In this document: piece after piece, positions 1-8,890 of the stretch
Numbering within the stretch: position 1 is the first letter of the stretch
Layout of the letters: every line of letters starts with the position of its first letter
From: Candidatus Hydrogenedentota bacterium
Lineage (GTDB): Bacteria > Hydrogenedentota > Hydrogenedentia > Hydrogenedentales > GCA-2746185
Length of the DNA: 56,194 bases
NCBI GenBank assembly: GCA_046583315.1
Contig: JAYGCN010000205.1
Span: forward strand, 1 to 56,194
Direction of reading: 5' to 3'
Notes under the pieces: model-generated
Seen by the model: the letters and a program-made list of their open reading frames with translations, nothing else
The model's database searches: none
Told to the model about the DNA's origin: nothing
Program-made: the position numbers and the translations under genes

Positions 1-1164
1 GGACAAGTCGCGTTCCATGGTCTTTGGGGACATGTTGCCGAAGGTTTCGTAGAAGCGGCCCATGGAGTTGTGATTGTTCGTGACCCACAAGAGATAACTC
101 GGATTCCAGCCTGTGTAGAAACCCCAGGTCCACACACCCGGTAGGCCCTGCTTCTGAAGTTCCGCGAGTTCGTAGGATGCGGCCCATTGCCACTCGCGAA
201 TCGTGACGGGGGCGACATTCGGATTGTAGGGACCCGTGCCGCCGGAAACATACATCAGCGGTACGGATTCGTGCAGGTCGAGCGAGTAAATCGGGTGCCA
301 CTCGAAAAAGGCGTTGGTGTAATGCTCGGTCAACTTCTGCGAAATCTGGATGCCGTCACGGTTGTTGTCGTGGAAGACGTACTTGCCCCAATACGGCGGT
401 GACATGCTGGGCATGTACTCGCGCGTTTCGTAATCTTCGAGATGACGGTAATACCAATCGATTACTTTCGCGCGACCGTCCACATCGGTGATTGGCGTGA
501 TGAGCAGGATGACGTTGTCGCGGATGTCCACGATGTCCGGGTGATTGGACACCGCGAGTCGGTAGGCGAGTTCCATGACCATTTCCGGCGGTCCGGTTTC
601 GGGAGAGTGAAGGCCTGCCGTGATATGCATGATCGGTTTGGCTTGTTCGATGATATCGCGGGCTTCTTCGGGAGAGGTCTTGCGTGGATCGGCAAGGGCC
701 GCTGTGTAGCCGCGATACTGGTCGAGTCGCGCCATGTTGTCCGAGGAGGTCACGATGACGACATGCATCTCGCGGCCTTCTTCCGTTTCACCCATAACGC
801 GGAGTTGTACGCGAGGGGAGGCGTCGGCGAGGGCCTGGAAGTATGCGATTTCGTCATCGGGACGAGTGAGTTTTCCTTCGGTACCCGCTATATAGCCGAG
901 CACGTCGCGGGGAGAGGGCACGTCCGGGTGTTCGGGGATGTAGCTGACGATGGGCGTGAGATATTTCGGGTCAGTCGTGTGCAGGTGAATCTCCGCCGTG
1001 CCCACCTCGTCGATCTGGTCGTGAATAGCCTCCACACGCCAATCCGCGTCCTTACCTGCGCCCAGTTTCGGGTCGTCGGTGTCGTAGTCGTAGGCAAAAG
1101 AAGAAGTCGAGAAAACAGCGGCGAGCAAAACGGCTCCCCAGCGAGATGTACACCCCATGGTCAT
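1..1164 (-). CDS. M14 family zinc carboxypeptidase, secreted (5' part; runs off the window edge)
   Basis: Absent from the ORF track because it has no stop in the window. Manual translation from ATG 1164 (AGGAGC just upstream): MTMGCTSRWGAVLLAAVFSTSSFA (signal-like) ... AGLHSPETG (HxxE) ... HDNNRD ... LDLHES, the M14 zinc and substrate motifs. Confidence 0.85.
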   Translation of the reverse strand, partial: MTMGCTSRWGAVLLAAVFSTSSFAYDYDTDDPKLGAGKDADWRVEAIHDQIDEVGTAEIHLHTTDPKYLTPIVSYIPEHPDVPSPRDVLGYIAGTEGKLTRPDDEIAYFQALADASPRVQLRVMGETEEGREMHVVIVTSSDNMARLDQYRGYTAALADPRKTSPEEARDIIEQAKPIMHITAGLHSPETGPPEMVMELAYRLAVSNHPDIVDIRDNVILLITPITDVDGRAKVIDWYYRHLEDYETREYMPSMSPPYWGKYVFHDNNRDGIQISQKLTEHYTNAFFEWHPIYSLDLHESVPLMYVSGGTGPYNPNVAPVTIREWQWAASYELAELQKQGLPGVWTWGFYTGWNPSYLLWVTNNHNSMGRFYETFGNMSPKTMERDLS

Positions 1165-1364
1165 GCTCCTGAGTTGAAACGTAAGGTTTCGATAGCTAAT
1201 CCCCCAAGCTACGCGAAAGTTGCACCGCGAGCGTGGGGGAACGGCCCAAAGGAGTACCGTAGCAGGTTGAGGGGATGGATGGAAAGGACGTGGGCTGGCG
1301 CGTTGACAATAGGGTCCGGTTCGGGTGACTCTTAGTGCTTAGGTAATTGGACGAAAGGATCTAG

Positions 1365-2174
1365 GTGGAATACATCAACCCTACATCGCGCGCGGCTTTG
1401 GCTACGATTTTTCTGGCTGTGCTTTGGTTGGTGGAGGGGTTGTGGCCGATGTACCTAGCGCGGGGGCAGCGGGGGCGGCATTATGCTCGTAATTTGGCGC
1501 TGGGGATGATTAATGCTTTGGTAACGATTGTGTTGTTCGCCGGAGCGATGTTGGTCGTGACCGAGTGGTCGCAGGAAAATCAATTTGGGCTGCTGCATCG
1601 TGTGTCGTGGTCGGAACCGGTGATATTGATAGTCGGCGTGATCGCCTTTGACGGGTGGCAGTATCTGTGGCACCGAATCAATCACTGGATACCGCTGCTC
1701 TGGCGATTTCATGCTGTGCATCATACGGATGCGGAGTTGGACGCGAGTTCGGGCCTGCGATTTCACACGGGAGAGATTGTGTTGTCCTCGGTCGCGCGGC
1801 TGGCGATTCTTCCATTGTTGGGACTGACCATGACGCAACTGGTGGTCTATGAATTGATTTTGACGCCGGTGGTCTTTTTTCATCACAGCAATATTCGCCT
1901 GCCAGAGCGTGTGGACAGGGTGCTGCGGTGGTTCATCGTCACGCCGCGCATGCATTGGGTGCATCACTCGCAGCTGCAACCCGAGACGGATTCGAATTAC
2001 GCGAGTATTCTTTCGATTTGGGATCGTATTTTCGGGAGTTATCGATTTCGAGAGAAACCTGAAGAAATCGAGCTGGGCCTTGAAGATTTCGAGGACGATG
2101 AATGGCGATCATTGCGCCGGACGCTAACGATTCCGTTTACGCATCGCTTCACAAGTCGCGACGATAACGAGTGA
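1365..2174 (+). CDS. Sterol desaturase / fatty acid hydroxylase family membrane protein
   Basis: His boxes WHRINH, FHAVHH, FHHSN, HWVHH; NYASILSIWDRIFGS tail; hydrophobic helices; GTG start after AAAGGA. Confidence 0.9.
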   Translation: MEYINPTSRAALATIFLAVLWLVEGLWPMYLARGQRGRHYARNLALGMINALVTIVLFAGAMLVVTEWSQENQFGLLHRVSWSEPVILIVGVIAFDGWQYLWHRINHWIPLLWRFHAVHHTDAELDASSGLRFHTGEIVLSSVARLAILPLLGLTMTQLVVYELILTPVVFFHHSNIRLPERVDRVLRWFIVTPRMHWVHHSQLQPETDSNYASILSIWDRIFGSYRFREKPEEIELGLEDFEDDEWRSLRRTLTIPFTHRFTSRDDNE

Positions 2175-2176
2175 GG

Positions 2177-2983
2177 TTATTCGTCTATATCCAGATGTCC
2201 CCACGCTTCATATTGCTGGCGTTCTTTGTGGGTGCCGTAGGCGACGGCGATGACGGAAATGATGGGTATCAGCAATAGGCCTGTTTCTGTGCTGAAGGTG
2301 CGGATGAGATCGGATATGACAAAACTCATCCGATCCATCTCGCCTAGCCTGATAACGGTCGCCACGAAAACGAGGAAGAGGCTGCCCATGAGCAACCAGT
2401 TGAGCGTTTCGATGCACCCTTTGATGATTGCCGGTGTGCCGCTGGAACAATGAACGAGTTTGTATATCCCGGTTTTTCGGTAGAGGTAGCTGATGATGAA
2501 CAGCGTTAATCCCATGCAGCACATAAACAGGGTGATGAGCGTCGTTGCTTCAACGAGAACATGCCAGTCGAGCCCGCCGGTTTTGGACCATTGGTTATGG
2601 GCTACGAAAGCAATCGCAATTGGAGTCATGAGACAGAATAGAAGAATCACAATATTGACGCCGCACGATAGGGCCAATTTCCACGCGGGTGTGTCACTCG
2701 GCTGACGCAGGGCATCCATGTCGTCGATGCCAGGAATTCGAGGGCGCAAGTTTCCGAGGCGTTCGATTCTTGGGATGGAGTCTTGCAATTCTTCGCGCAA
2801 CGCATTCGAATCACCCAGTCCTTCAATGGCCAATGCAATTGGATTGTTTTTGTCGTCGCTGATGGCATCGTCGTGTGCGCTAATCAGATGATGCATGAGT
2901 TCCTCGCACATTTTATTCTTACGACGTTCCGAAGCGCGGATCGGGCGGACGATGCGTTCGACGTGGATTTTGAACTCGGTCAT
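2177..2983 (-). CDS. Hypothetical membrane protein, PadR-associated (paralog copy 2)
   Basis: Start moved to ATG 2983 (GGAGA RBS), 268 aa. N-terminal 'EELMHHL...AIEGLGD...LREELQ' resembles the permease-prefix/HAAS domain found after padR genes; about 4 TM helices. Confidence 0.75.
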   Translation of the reverse strand: MTEFKIHVERIVRPIRASERRKNKMCEELMHHLISAHDDAISDDKNNPIALAIEGLGDSNALREELQDSIPRIERLGNLRPRIPGIDDMDALRQPSDTPAWKLALSCGVNIVILLFCLMTPIAIAFVAHNQWSKTGGLDWHVLVEATTLITLFMCCMGLTLFIISYLYRKTGIYKLVHCSSGTPAIIKGCIETLNWLLMGSLFLVFVATVIRLGEMDRMSFVISDLIRTFSTETGLLLIPIISVIAVAYGTHKERQQYEAWGHLDIDE

Positions 2984-3008
2984 GATGGTGTCTCCGTGAT
3001 GTTGAAAG

Positions 3009-3815
3009 CTATTCGTCGATGTCGAGGCAGCCCCATTCGTTGTAGTGGCGTCGTTCTTTGTGGATGGCAACTGCCACGAATGACGTGAAGATTGCTCCAA
3101 GTAGATAGAAGATAGGCTCTTTAGCAAGGATAACCAGGATCTCGGCCGACATAAGATGAATGCGTGTGAGCGGCCATTGCTCTGTGATCGCGACAAAAGA
3201 AAACAGGAAAAAACCTACAATCGCCATCGCGAATAGGGTTCCAATAAATGCGATTACGAGAGATGGCAGGTGGCTGGTTCTGTGCACCGCTTTATGCAAT
3301 CCGCACTTTCTGAAGAAGTAGTTAATGGAGAAAAATGACACGCTCATACAGGCGACAATCAGTAATAGAGAGCCAGACAATTTGGTTAAGGCTTCCCACA
3401 CTATCGATCCGTCTCGAATCAGCATGATTCCGACACAGGCAGCGAGTGCGAGAGGAAGCAGGAATACGATAAATACCAATACCTGGGACAGTGTTGCCTT
3501 AAAGGATAATTTCGCAGGTGATTCATTGCTCAGTTCAAAGAGTGCGTTCATTTGCTCGAAAAAGAGCCCGATTAGTCCACCGTATTCCCGTTGTTCGATG
3601 GACGGAACCGTGCTTTGGAGTTCCTCGCGGAGCGTATCGGGATCACCGAGGCGTTCGATGGCAAACGCGACGGGGTCGTCTTTGGCATCGTCCATGGCTT
3701 CGTTGTGCGCGGTGACGAGGTGTTGCATCAACTCTTCGCGCATCTTGAGTTTGCGATGTTCGGCCCCGACAATCGGGCGGACAATGCCTTCGACGTGAAT
3801 TTTGAACTTCATCAT
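3009..3815 (-). CDS. Hypothetical membrane protein, PadR-associated (paralog copy 1)
   Basis: Start ATG 3815 overlaps the padR stop (ATGA), 268 aa. 'REELMQHL...AIERLGDPDTLREELQ' plus about 4 TM helices; ends WGCLDIDE like copy 2. Confidence 0.75.
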   Translation of the reverse strand: MMKFKIHVEGIVRPIVGAEHRKLKMREELMQHLVTAHNEAMDDAKDDPVAFAIERLGDPDTLREELQSTVPSIEQREYGGLIGLFFEQMNALFELSNESPAKLSFKATLSQVLVFIVFLLPLALAACVGIMLIRDGSIVWEALTKLSGSLLLIVACMSVSFFSINYFFRKCGLHKAVHRTSHLPSLVIAFIGTLFAMAIVGFFLFSFVAITEQWPLTRIHLMSAEILVILAKEPIFYLLGAIFTSFVAVAIHKERRHYNEWGCLDIDE

Positions 3816-4156
3816 GATGGGGTCTCCATGATGCGACCGATAATTGTGGTGAATTGCTGCCATTGTTCGCGGCGGCTGCCCAGCGACTTTTTGCCTTTGG
3901 AGGTGATGGAATAGATGCGGCGGCGAGGGCCTTTGCGTTTTTCTTTGGCGGGTGCCCATTTCGCTTTGATGAGGGAGGCTTCTTCGAGACGATAGAGGGC
4001 GGGGTAGAGGGAGCCTTCTTTGAGCTGGAGGGTGTCTTCGCTCATTTCCCGTAGGCGTTGCAACACGTCATAGCCGTGGCCCTCACTCTGTTCGAGCACC
4101 GAGAGGACGATTCCGTCCAAATGACCGCGTAACATGTCTTTTTCAATCTTGTCCAT
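3812..4156 (-). CDS. PadR family transcriptional regulator (short subfamily)
   Basis: LRGHLDGIVLSVL..GHGYDV..LKEGSLYPALYRLE..RRIYSITSKG, 114 aa. Confidence 0.95.
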   Translation of the reverse strand: MDKIEKDMLRGHLDGIVLSVLEQSEGHGYDVLQRLREMSEDTLQLKEGSLYPALYRLEEASLIKAKWAPAKEKRKGPRRRIYSITSKGKKSLGSRREQWQQFTTIIGRIMETPS

Positions 4157-4161
4157 GCCTA

Positions 4162-4191
4162 TACCTTAGACAGACTGAGTAGTTTTGTCAA
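4162..4191 (-). promoter_or_regulatory. Sigma-70 promoter for padR (leaderless) with overlapping imperfect palindrome
   Basis: Minus strand reads TTGACA(4191-4186)-N17-TAAGGT(4168-4163)-6 nt-ATG. Imperfect inverted repeat TACCTTAG-acaga-CTGAGTA (4162-4181) overlaps the -10 and spacer. Confidence 0.7.
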
Positions 4192-4973
4192 GAAGTTTTT
4201 AACGCGTCCCTAATTGTATCCCGCATGAACACGTTCACTTCCCAGCAATCGGCGAGGGGTCCGAATTCGGGGGTGATGGTGAGGACTTCGGTGCCGTCGG
4301 CTTGTCGTGCGGCGACGATTCGTTTCCAGAGGTCTATGTGTTTCTGGAGATGTCCGGACCATTCGGGAGCGCGGGGATCATTCACCTGCGGACCTTCTTC
4401 GTGTCCGACGCGTGCGTGGATGTGGATAGCCCGGCTGATGGCGAGGTCGATGGTGTCGGGCTGGTCGCTGAGGTCAGATTCGTGGACGTTGAACCAGTGG
4501 GAGAAGTCGGCGTTAATGCGCAGATTGGGCAGGGCTTCGAGGTAACGGCGCGTGTCGATGGCGTTGTAGAGTGCACGACTGCGATGCGTCTCGTGGGCAA
4601 CGGGGATGCCGGAGGATTTGGCAATTTCGAGTCCGCGTTCGAAGATGCGCAGCGTCTCCTCAAAGGGAAAGAAGTCGCGACTCGTGTGCGCGTTGATGAG
4701 AATCGCGCCGGCTTCCAGTGCGAAGTCGGCGTAACGGTTAAAGGAGTCAAGATGGTCAGCAGGCGTATCACCTTCAGTGGCGATGTCAGCAATGAACAAC
4801 AAGCCACGGTCCGCGACCAGTTTCGCCACCTGCGCAGGTGTTACACCATCCAGCACCAGCCCCGGCACATACAATTCCGCGACATCAAAACCATCGGCTA
4901 CCACCCGCTCCATAAACGCGTCCAGCGACAATTCCTTGCATTCCCAGTTCGTTTTTCCGTAGATGATGCGCAT
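4188..4973 (-). CDS. Sugar phosphate isomerase/epimerase (xylose isomerase-like TIM barrel)
   Basis: HETHR, ADFSHW, HIHARVG and TPEFGP metal-binding motifs. Confidence 0.85.
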   Translation of the reverse strand: MRIIYGKTNWECKELSLDAFMERVVADGFDVAELYVPGLVLDGVTPAQVAKLVADRGLLFIADIATEGDTPADHLDSFNRYADFALEAGAILINAHTSRDFFPFEETLRIFERGLEIAKSSGIPVAHETHRSRALYNAIDTRRYLEALPNLRINADFSHWFNVHESDLSDQPDTIDLAISRAIHIHARVGHEEGPQVNDPRAPEWSGHLQKHIDLWKRIVAARQADGTEVLTITPEFGPLADCWEVNVFMRDTIRDALKTS

Positions 4974-5051
4974 CTTTTCCCCAATGGTTGTGATTGATAC
5001 GAATACGACAGTATCATTGAGATGTTATTCGATCAATTACGGGGAATTACC

Positions 5052-6887
5052 ATGTGTGGAATTGTTGGATATATTGGAACTCAGGACTCGGTGCCGATTT
5101 TGATGGAGGGGCTTCGTCGGCTGGAGTATCGGGGTTATGACTCGGCGGGGATTTCGGTTGTCGCGGATGATGCGCTGCATACGGCGAAGAGTGAGGGGAA
5201 ACTGGAGAATCTGCGGTCGCGTTTGGATGAGTCGCCAATATCGGGTTCGGTGGGTATTGGGCATACGCGCTGGGCGACGCATGGATTGCCGACGGAGGTG
5301 AATTCTCATCCGCATTTGGATGAGCCGAGCGGCATCGCGGTCGTGCATAACGGGATCATCGAGAATTATCAGGAATTGGGCGCGTGGTTGCGGTCGATGG
5401 GTGTGGAGTTTCGCAGTGAGACCGACACGGAAACGCTGGCGCATTTGATTCGGCATTGTTACGACGGGGATTTGTTCGAAGCCGTGAAGTGTGCCCTGAA
5501 GAAAGTGAAGGGGACTTATGCGATTGGTGTGGTGAGTCGCGAGCATCCCGATTTGCTCGTTGCCGCACGGCATGGTAGCCCGCTTATTTTGGGACTGGGG
5601 GAGGACGCGTATTTCGTGACCTCGGATGTAACGCCGTTGTTGGAGCATACCCGGCGGGTCGTGTATCTGGAGGACGGTCAAGTCTGCGCGTTGACGCGGG
5701 GTGGCTACACAATACAGGATTTGGACGGTACGCCACAAGAACTGGAGGTCATGACCGTCGACTGGGACGCGTCGACGGCTGAGAAGGGCGGGTATCCCCA
5801 TTATATGCTCAAAGAAATCCACGAGCAGCCTGAAGTGTTGCGCAATACCTTGCGGGGAAGGATTTCGGAGGCGAAAGACCGCGTGTTGCTCGGTGATATC
5901 GGACTGAGCGATGAGGAGATTCGAGAATGCTCTCGCGTTGTATTGGTCGCGTGCGGCACGGCGTGGCACGCGGCGTTGTTGGGGAAATTGTACGTCGAAA
6001 AGTTCGCGCGAATTCCGGCTGAGGTAGATATCGCGTCCGAGTTTCGGTATCGCGAGTTGTTGATTGATGACAAAACGATCGTGATTGTTGTGTCGCAGTC
6101 TGGAGAGACAGCGGATACGCTGGAGGCCATGCGCGCGGCGAAGGCTCTCGGCGCGAAGGTCGTGTCGGTCGTGAATGTGATTGGGTCGTCCATTGCGCGG
6201 GAGTCGGATGGCGTCGTGTATCTGAATGCCGGCATCGAGATCGGCGTGGCATCGACGAAGGCGTATACTGCGCAGATTGCGGCACTGGGATTGTTATCGC
6301 TGTATTTTGGGCAGGTGCGGGAGACGATTGATGCAAATTTACTGAAAGAGTATCTGGAAGCACTGTCAAAGGTGCCGGATATTGTGGAAAACGCGTTGGA
6401 ATTGGAAGAGGACATCCAGGAATGCGCGACCGATCCGCGTTTTCGAGATGCTTACAGCACGTTTTTCATCGGACGCGGATTCAATTATCCCTCGGCTTTG
6501 GAAGGCGCGTTGAAGTTGAAAGAAATCAGTTACATTCACGCGGAAGGATACGGAGCGGGGGAGATGAAGCACGGTCCCATCGCGTTGGTGACCGACGAAT
6601 TGCCGGTCATCTGCATTGCGACGAAGAGTCCTGTGCGCATCAAGACGATTTCAAATATTCAGGAGATTCGTGCACGGGAGGGCATCGTGTTGTCGATAGC
6701 GACCGAGGGCGACGAAGAGCTTGCCTCACAAAGTGACCGCATCATCTACGTGCCCGAGTGCATGGATTGTTTCTCGCCAATTATCAACGCAGTGCCGATG
6801 CAGCTGCTGTCCTACCACATCGCCGTGCACCGTGGCTGCGACGTAGACCACCCAAGAAATCTCGCGAAAAGCGTGACGGTGGAGTAG
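5052..6887 (+). CDS. glmS: Glutamine--fructose-6-phosphate aminotransferase
   Basis: MCGIVG start (catalytic Cys), LEYRGYDSAG, GHTRWATHG, SQSGETADT, PRNLAKSVTVE end. Confidence 0.98.
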   Translation: MCGIVGYIGTQDSVPILMEGLRRLEYRGYDSAGISVVADDALHTAKSEGKLENLRSRLDESPISGSVGIGHTRWATHGLPTEVNSHPHLDEPSGIAVVHNGIIENYQELGAWLRSMGVEFRSETDTETLAHLIRHCYDGDLFEAVKCALKKVKGTYAIGVVSREHPDLLVAARHGSPLILGLGEDAYFVTSDVTPLLEHTRRVVYLEDGQVCALTRGGYTIQDLDGTPQELEVMTVDWDASTAEKGGYPHYMLKEIHEQPEVLRNTLRGRISEAKDRVLLGDIGLSDEEIRECSRVVLVACGTAWHAALLGKLYVEKFARIPAEVDIASEFRYRELLIDDKTIVIVVSQSGETADTLEAMRAAKALGAKVVSVVNVIGSSIARESDGVVYLNAGIEIGVASTKAYTAQIAALGLLSLYFGQVRETIDANLLKEYLEALSKVPDIVENALELEEDIQECATDPRFRDAYSTFFIGRGFNYPSALEGALKLKEISYIHAEGYGAGEMKHGPIALVTDELPVICIATKSPVRIKTISNIQEIRAREGIVLSIATEGDEELASQSDRIIYVPECMDCFSPIINAVPMQLLSYHIAVHRGCDVDHPRNLAKSVTVE

Positions 6888-7832
6888 TTACGCGCCGAAG
6901 CAGGCATCCGCGATGGCTTTGATATGGGTTTCATCCGTGCCGCAGCATCCGCCGTGGACGTTGATGTGAGGGTGGCGGTCAATGAGGGCGCGGTGTTGCT
7001 TGCCGAGTTCGGCGGAGTTTCCGGCGTCAAGTTCTTCGGCTTCGTCTAGTTCGGCATGGCTACAGGAAGAGGCGTTACTACGAAGTCCGTGGATGCGTTT
7101 GACCCAGGCATCGTCGGTATCGAGCGTAGGGGCGTAGTGGCTTGGATGAGCGCAGTTGAGCATGTAGTACACCGGGCCGTTGTTGGTGGCGGTGTCCACT
7201 TCTTCGATGGCCGATTGAAGCGATTGTTCGGAGGGTAAGGTTCCGTCGGTTTCAACGGTGAAGGAAATGACGATGGGTATACCCACGGTTTGCGCTGCCT
7301 TGGTCACACCAATCGCTTCTTTCACGTAGTTCATGGTGAGCACGGTGACGAAATCGGCTTCGGTATCTTTCAGGGTCTGTATTTGGGTGAGGTGATAGGC
7401 TTTCGCTTCATCGGCGCTCATCGTTTTACCGACAGTGTAACCATCGCCTTGTGGTCCCACGCAGCCGCTGATGAGGAACGGTGTGTTGTCCGAGTCGAAT
7501 TCGTCGCGCATTTCAACCATCAGGTCGATGCAGTCACGATTGATTTTCTCCAGTGCGGCGGCATCATGACCCAGCTTATCGCCCCAGCGCGAACTGGCGC
7601 GCCATGTGCAGGCTTCCAGAATGAATCCGGCATCGTGAGCCCGTGCAATTTCGGCGTAGCCTCGGTAATAGTCGCGTAGCAGATTCGTGCCGGCCTCGTC
7701 TTTGAGCAGATCGAAGGCGGCAAATTCCGGCAGATCGATGCCGTGATGAAAAATGAGCGTGGTCTCCAGGCCGCCATCTGTTAAGAAGGGTTTGCCGGAA
7801 AGTTGGGGCAGGGCGTATCGATAGCGTGACAT
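6888..7832 (-). CDS. Homocysteine S-methyltransferase family protein
   Basis: DGGLET, NCAHP and GGCCG zinc motifs; GAGGAG RBS. Confidence 0.92.
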   Translation of the reverse strand: MSRYRYALPQLSGKPFLTDGGLETTLIFHHGIDLPEFAAFDLLKDEAGTNLLRDYYRGYAEIARAHDAGFILEACTWRASSRWGDKLGHDAAALEKINRDCIDLMVEMRDEFDSDNTPFLISGCVGPQGDGYTVGKTMSADEAKAYHLTQIQTLKDTEADFVTVLTMNYVKEAIGVTKAAQTVGIPIVISFTVETDGTLPSEQSLQSAIEEVDTATNNGPVYYMLNCAHPSHYAPTLDTDDAWVKRIHGLRSNASSCSHAELDEAEELDAGNSAELGKQHRALIDRHPHINVHGGCCGTDETHIKAIADACFGA

Positions 7833-7950
7833 GGGGAGTGCTCCTCAATGTTGTGCCCGGTTCGGACGGCATAAGTTTATTTTCTGATATTCGAAGCCCT
7901 ATGTATACGACAACGCGATTTGAGGGATCAAGTTTCGCTCGATGTTTACT

Positions 7951-8700
7951 CTATTTCACGCCGACGGCTTCACCTAATGTCTCGCCGATTTCTTTGTTGA
8001 TGACGAGGTCGGCTATGGGGTCGAGGTCGGTGGGGTCGCGGTTGAGGATGACGAGGGTGGCGCCGTTTTGTTTTGCGATGGCGGGGAATCCTGCGGCGGG
8101 GTATACGACGAGTGATGAACCGATGGCGATGAAGAGGTCGCAGGCGAGGGCGGCTTCTTGGGCGCGCATCATGGCTTCTTCGGGCATGGCTTGGCCGAAG
8201 GAGATGGTGGCGGTTTTGATGATGCCTTCGCACACGTTGCAGATGGGCAGGCGTTCGTCCTTTTTGAAGTCTTCGATGATCGGGTCGATCTCGTATCGTT
8301 TATGGCAATCGAGACACGTTGCATAGGTCGCGTTTCCGTGAAGTTCGATTACACGGTCGGGATTGATGCCGGAGTCCTGATGCAGATTGTCGATGTTCTG
8401 GGTGATCACCGCGAGACCTTTTCCATTTTGAAAGAGTTCGGCGATCGCGCGGTGGCCGCGGTTGGGTTTGGCCTGGTTGAATGAGCTACCCAGATTTATC
8501 TTGCGTCGCCATGATTCCTTGCGCATTTCCTCGGAGGCCATCAAATCGCGGAAGTCGATGGGTTTGTTCTTTTCCCAGAGTCCGCCCGGGCTCCTGAAAT
8601 CCGGTATACCCGATTCTGTGCTGATACCGGCACCGGTAAAGAGGGCGATTTTTTTGTTGGAATCGATTAAACCAATCAATTCTGGAATAGGGTCTAACAT
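7951..8700 (-). CDS. cobB: NAD-dependent protein deacylase (Sir2/CobB family)
   Basis: GAGISTESGIPDFRS, TQNIDNLH, ELHG, CxxC..CxxC, GSSLVVYPAA. Start is ATG 8700 (AGGTGA RBS) or GTG 8709. Confidence 0.92.
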   Translation of the reverse strand: MLDPIPELIGLIDSNKKIALFTGAGISTESGIPDFRSPGGLWEKNKPIDFRDLMASEEMRKESWRRKINLGSSFNQAKPNRGHRAIAELFQNGKGLAVITQNIDNLHQDSGINPDRVIELHGNATYATCLDCHKRYEIDPIIEDFKKDERLPICNVCEGIIKTATISFGQAMPEEAMMRAQEAALACDLFIAIGSSLVVYPAAGFPAIAKQNGATLVILNRDPTDLDPIADLVINKEIGETLGEAVGVK

Positions 8701-8775
8701 AATACTCACCTTTCGCCAGTAATCTGGAAGTGACTATAGAAAAACGACTTATAAAATGCAAAAAGTAGTAAATTG

Positions 8776-8806
8776 TTGACAATAATAGTAAAAGCTACTA
8801 TTATTG
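8776..8806 (+). promoter_or_regulatory. Near-consensus sigma-70 promoter overlapped by a perfect 11-bp inverted repeat (putative operator)
   Basis: TTGACA(8776-8781)-N17-TATTAT(8799-8804); CAATAATAGTA-aaagc-TACTATTATTG at 8780-8806. Confidence 0.75.
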
Positions 8807-8890
8807 GAATAGTGATTGTAACCTGTGCTACAATTTGGGAGTCCGTAGAATATGTTATTACGTCCTTATAGCACAACGGAGAAGGTTGTG

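Noticed and set aside
442..1335. 297-aa + strand ORF
   Set aside because: Antisense shadow of the M14 peptidase on the minus strand, which the ORF track missed because it has no stop in the window.
2984..3196. N-terminal extensions given by the ORF track (also 3816-3959, 31604-31732, 43285-43341, 48490-48567)
   Set aside because: They overlap neighbouring genes or precede the family-typical N-terminus; better starts, mostly with an RBS, lie downstream.
4974..5051. glmS ribozyme
   Set aside because: Only 78 nt separate glmS from a divergent gene, and no ribozyme core is recognisable.
7833..7950. SAM/SAH riboswitch upstream of the homocysteine methyltransferase
   Set aside because: No conserved aptamer core is visible in the short spacer.
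7951..8700. Sir2 as an anti-phage defence gene (Thoeris/DSR)
   Set aside because: It is a canonical zinc-binding CobB-type sirtuin with no defence partners nearby.
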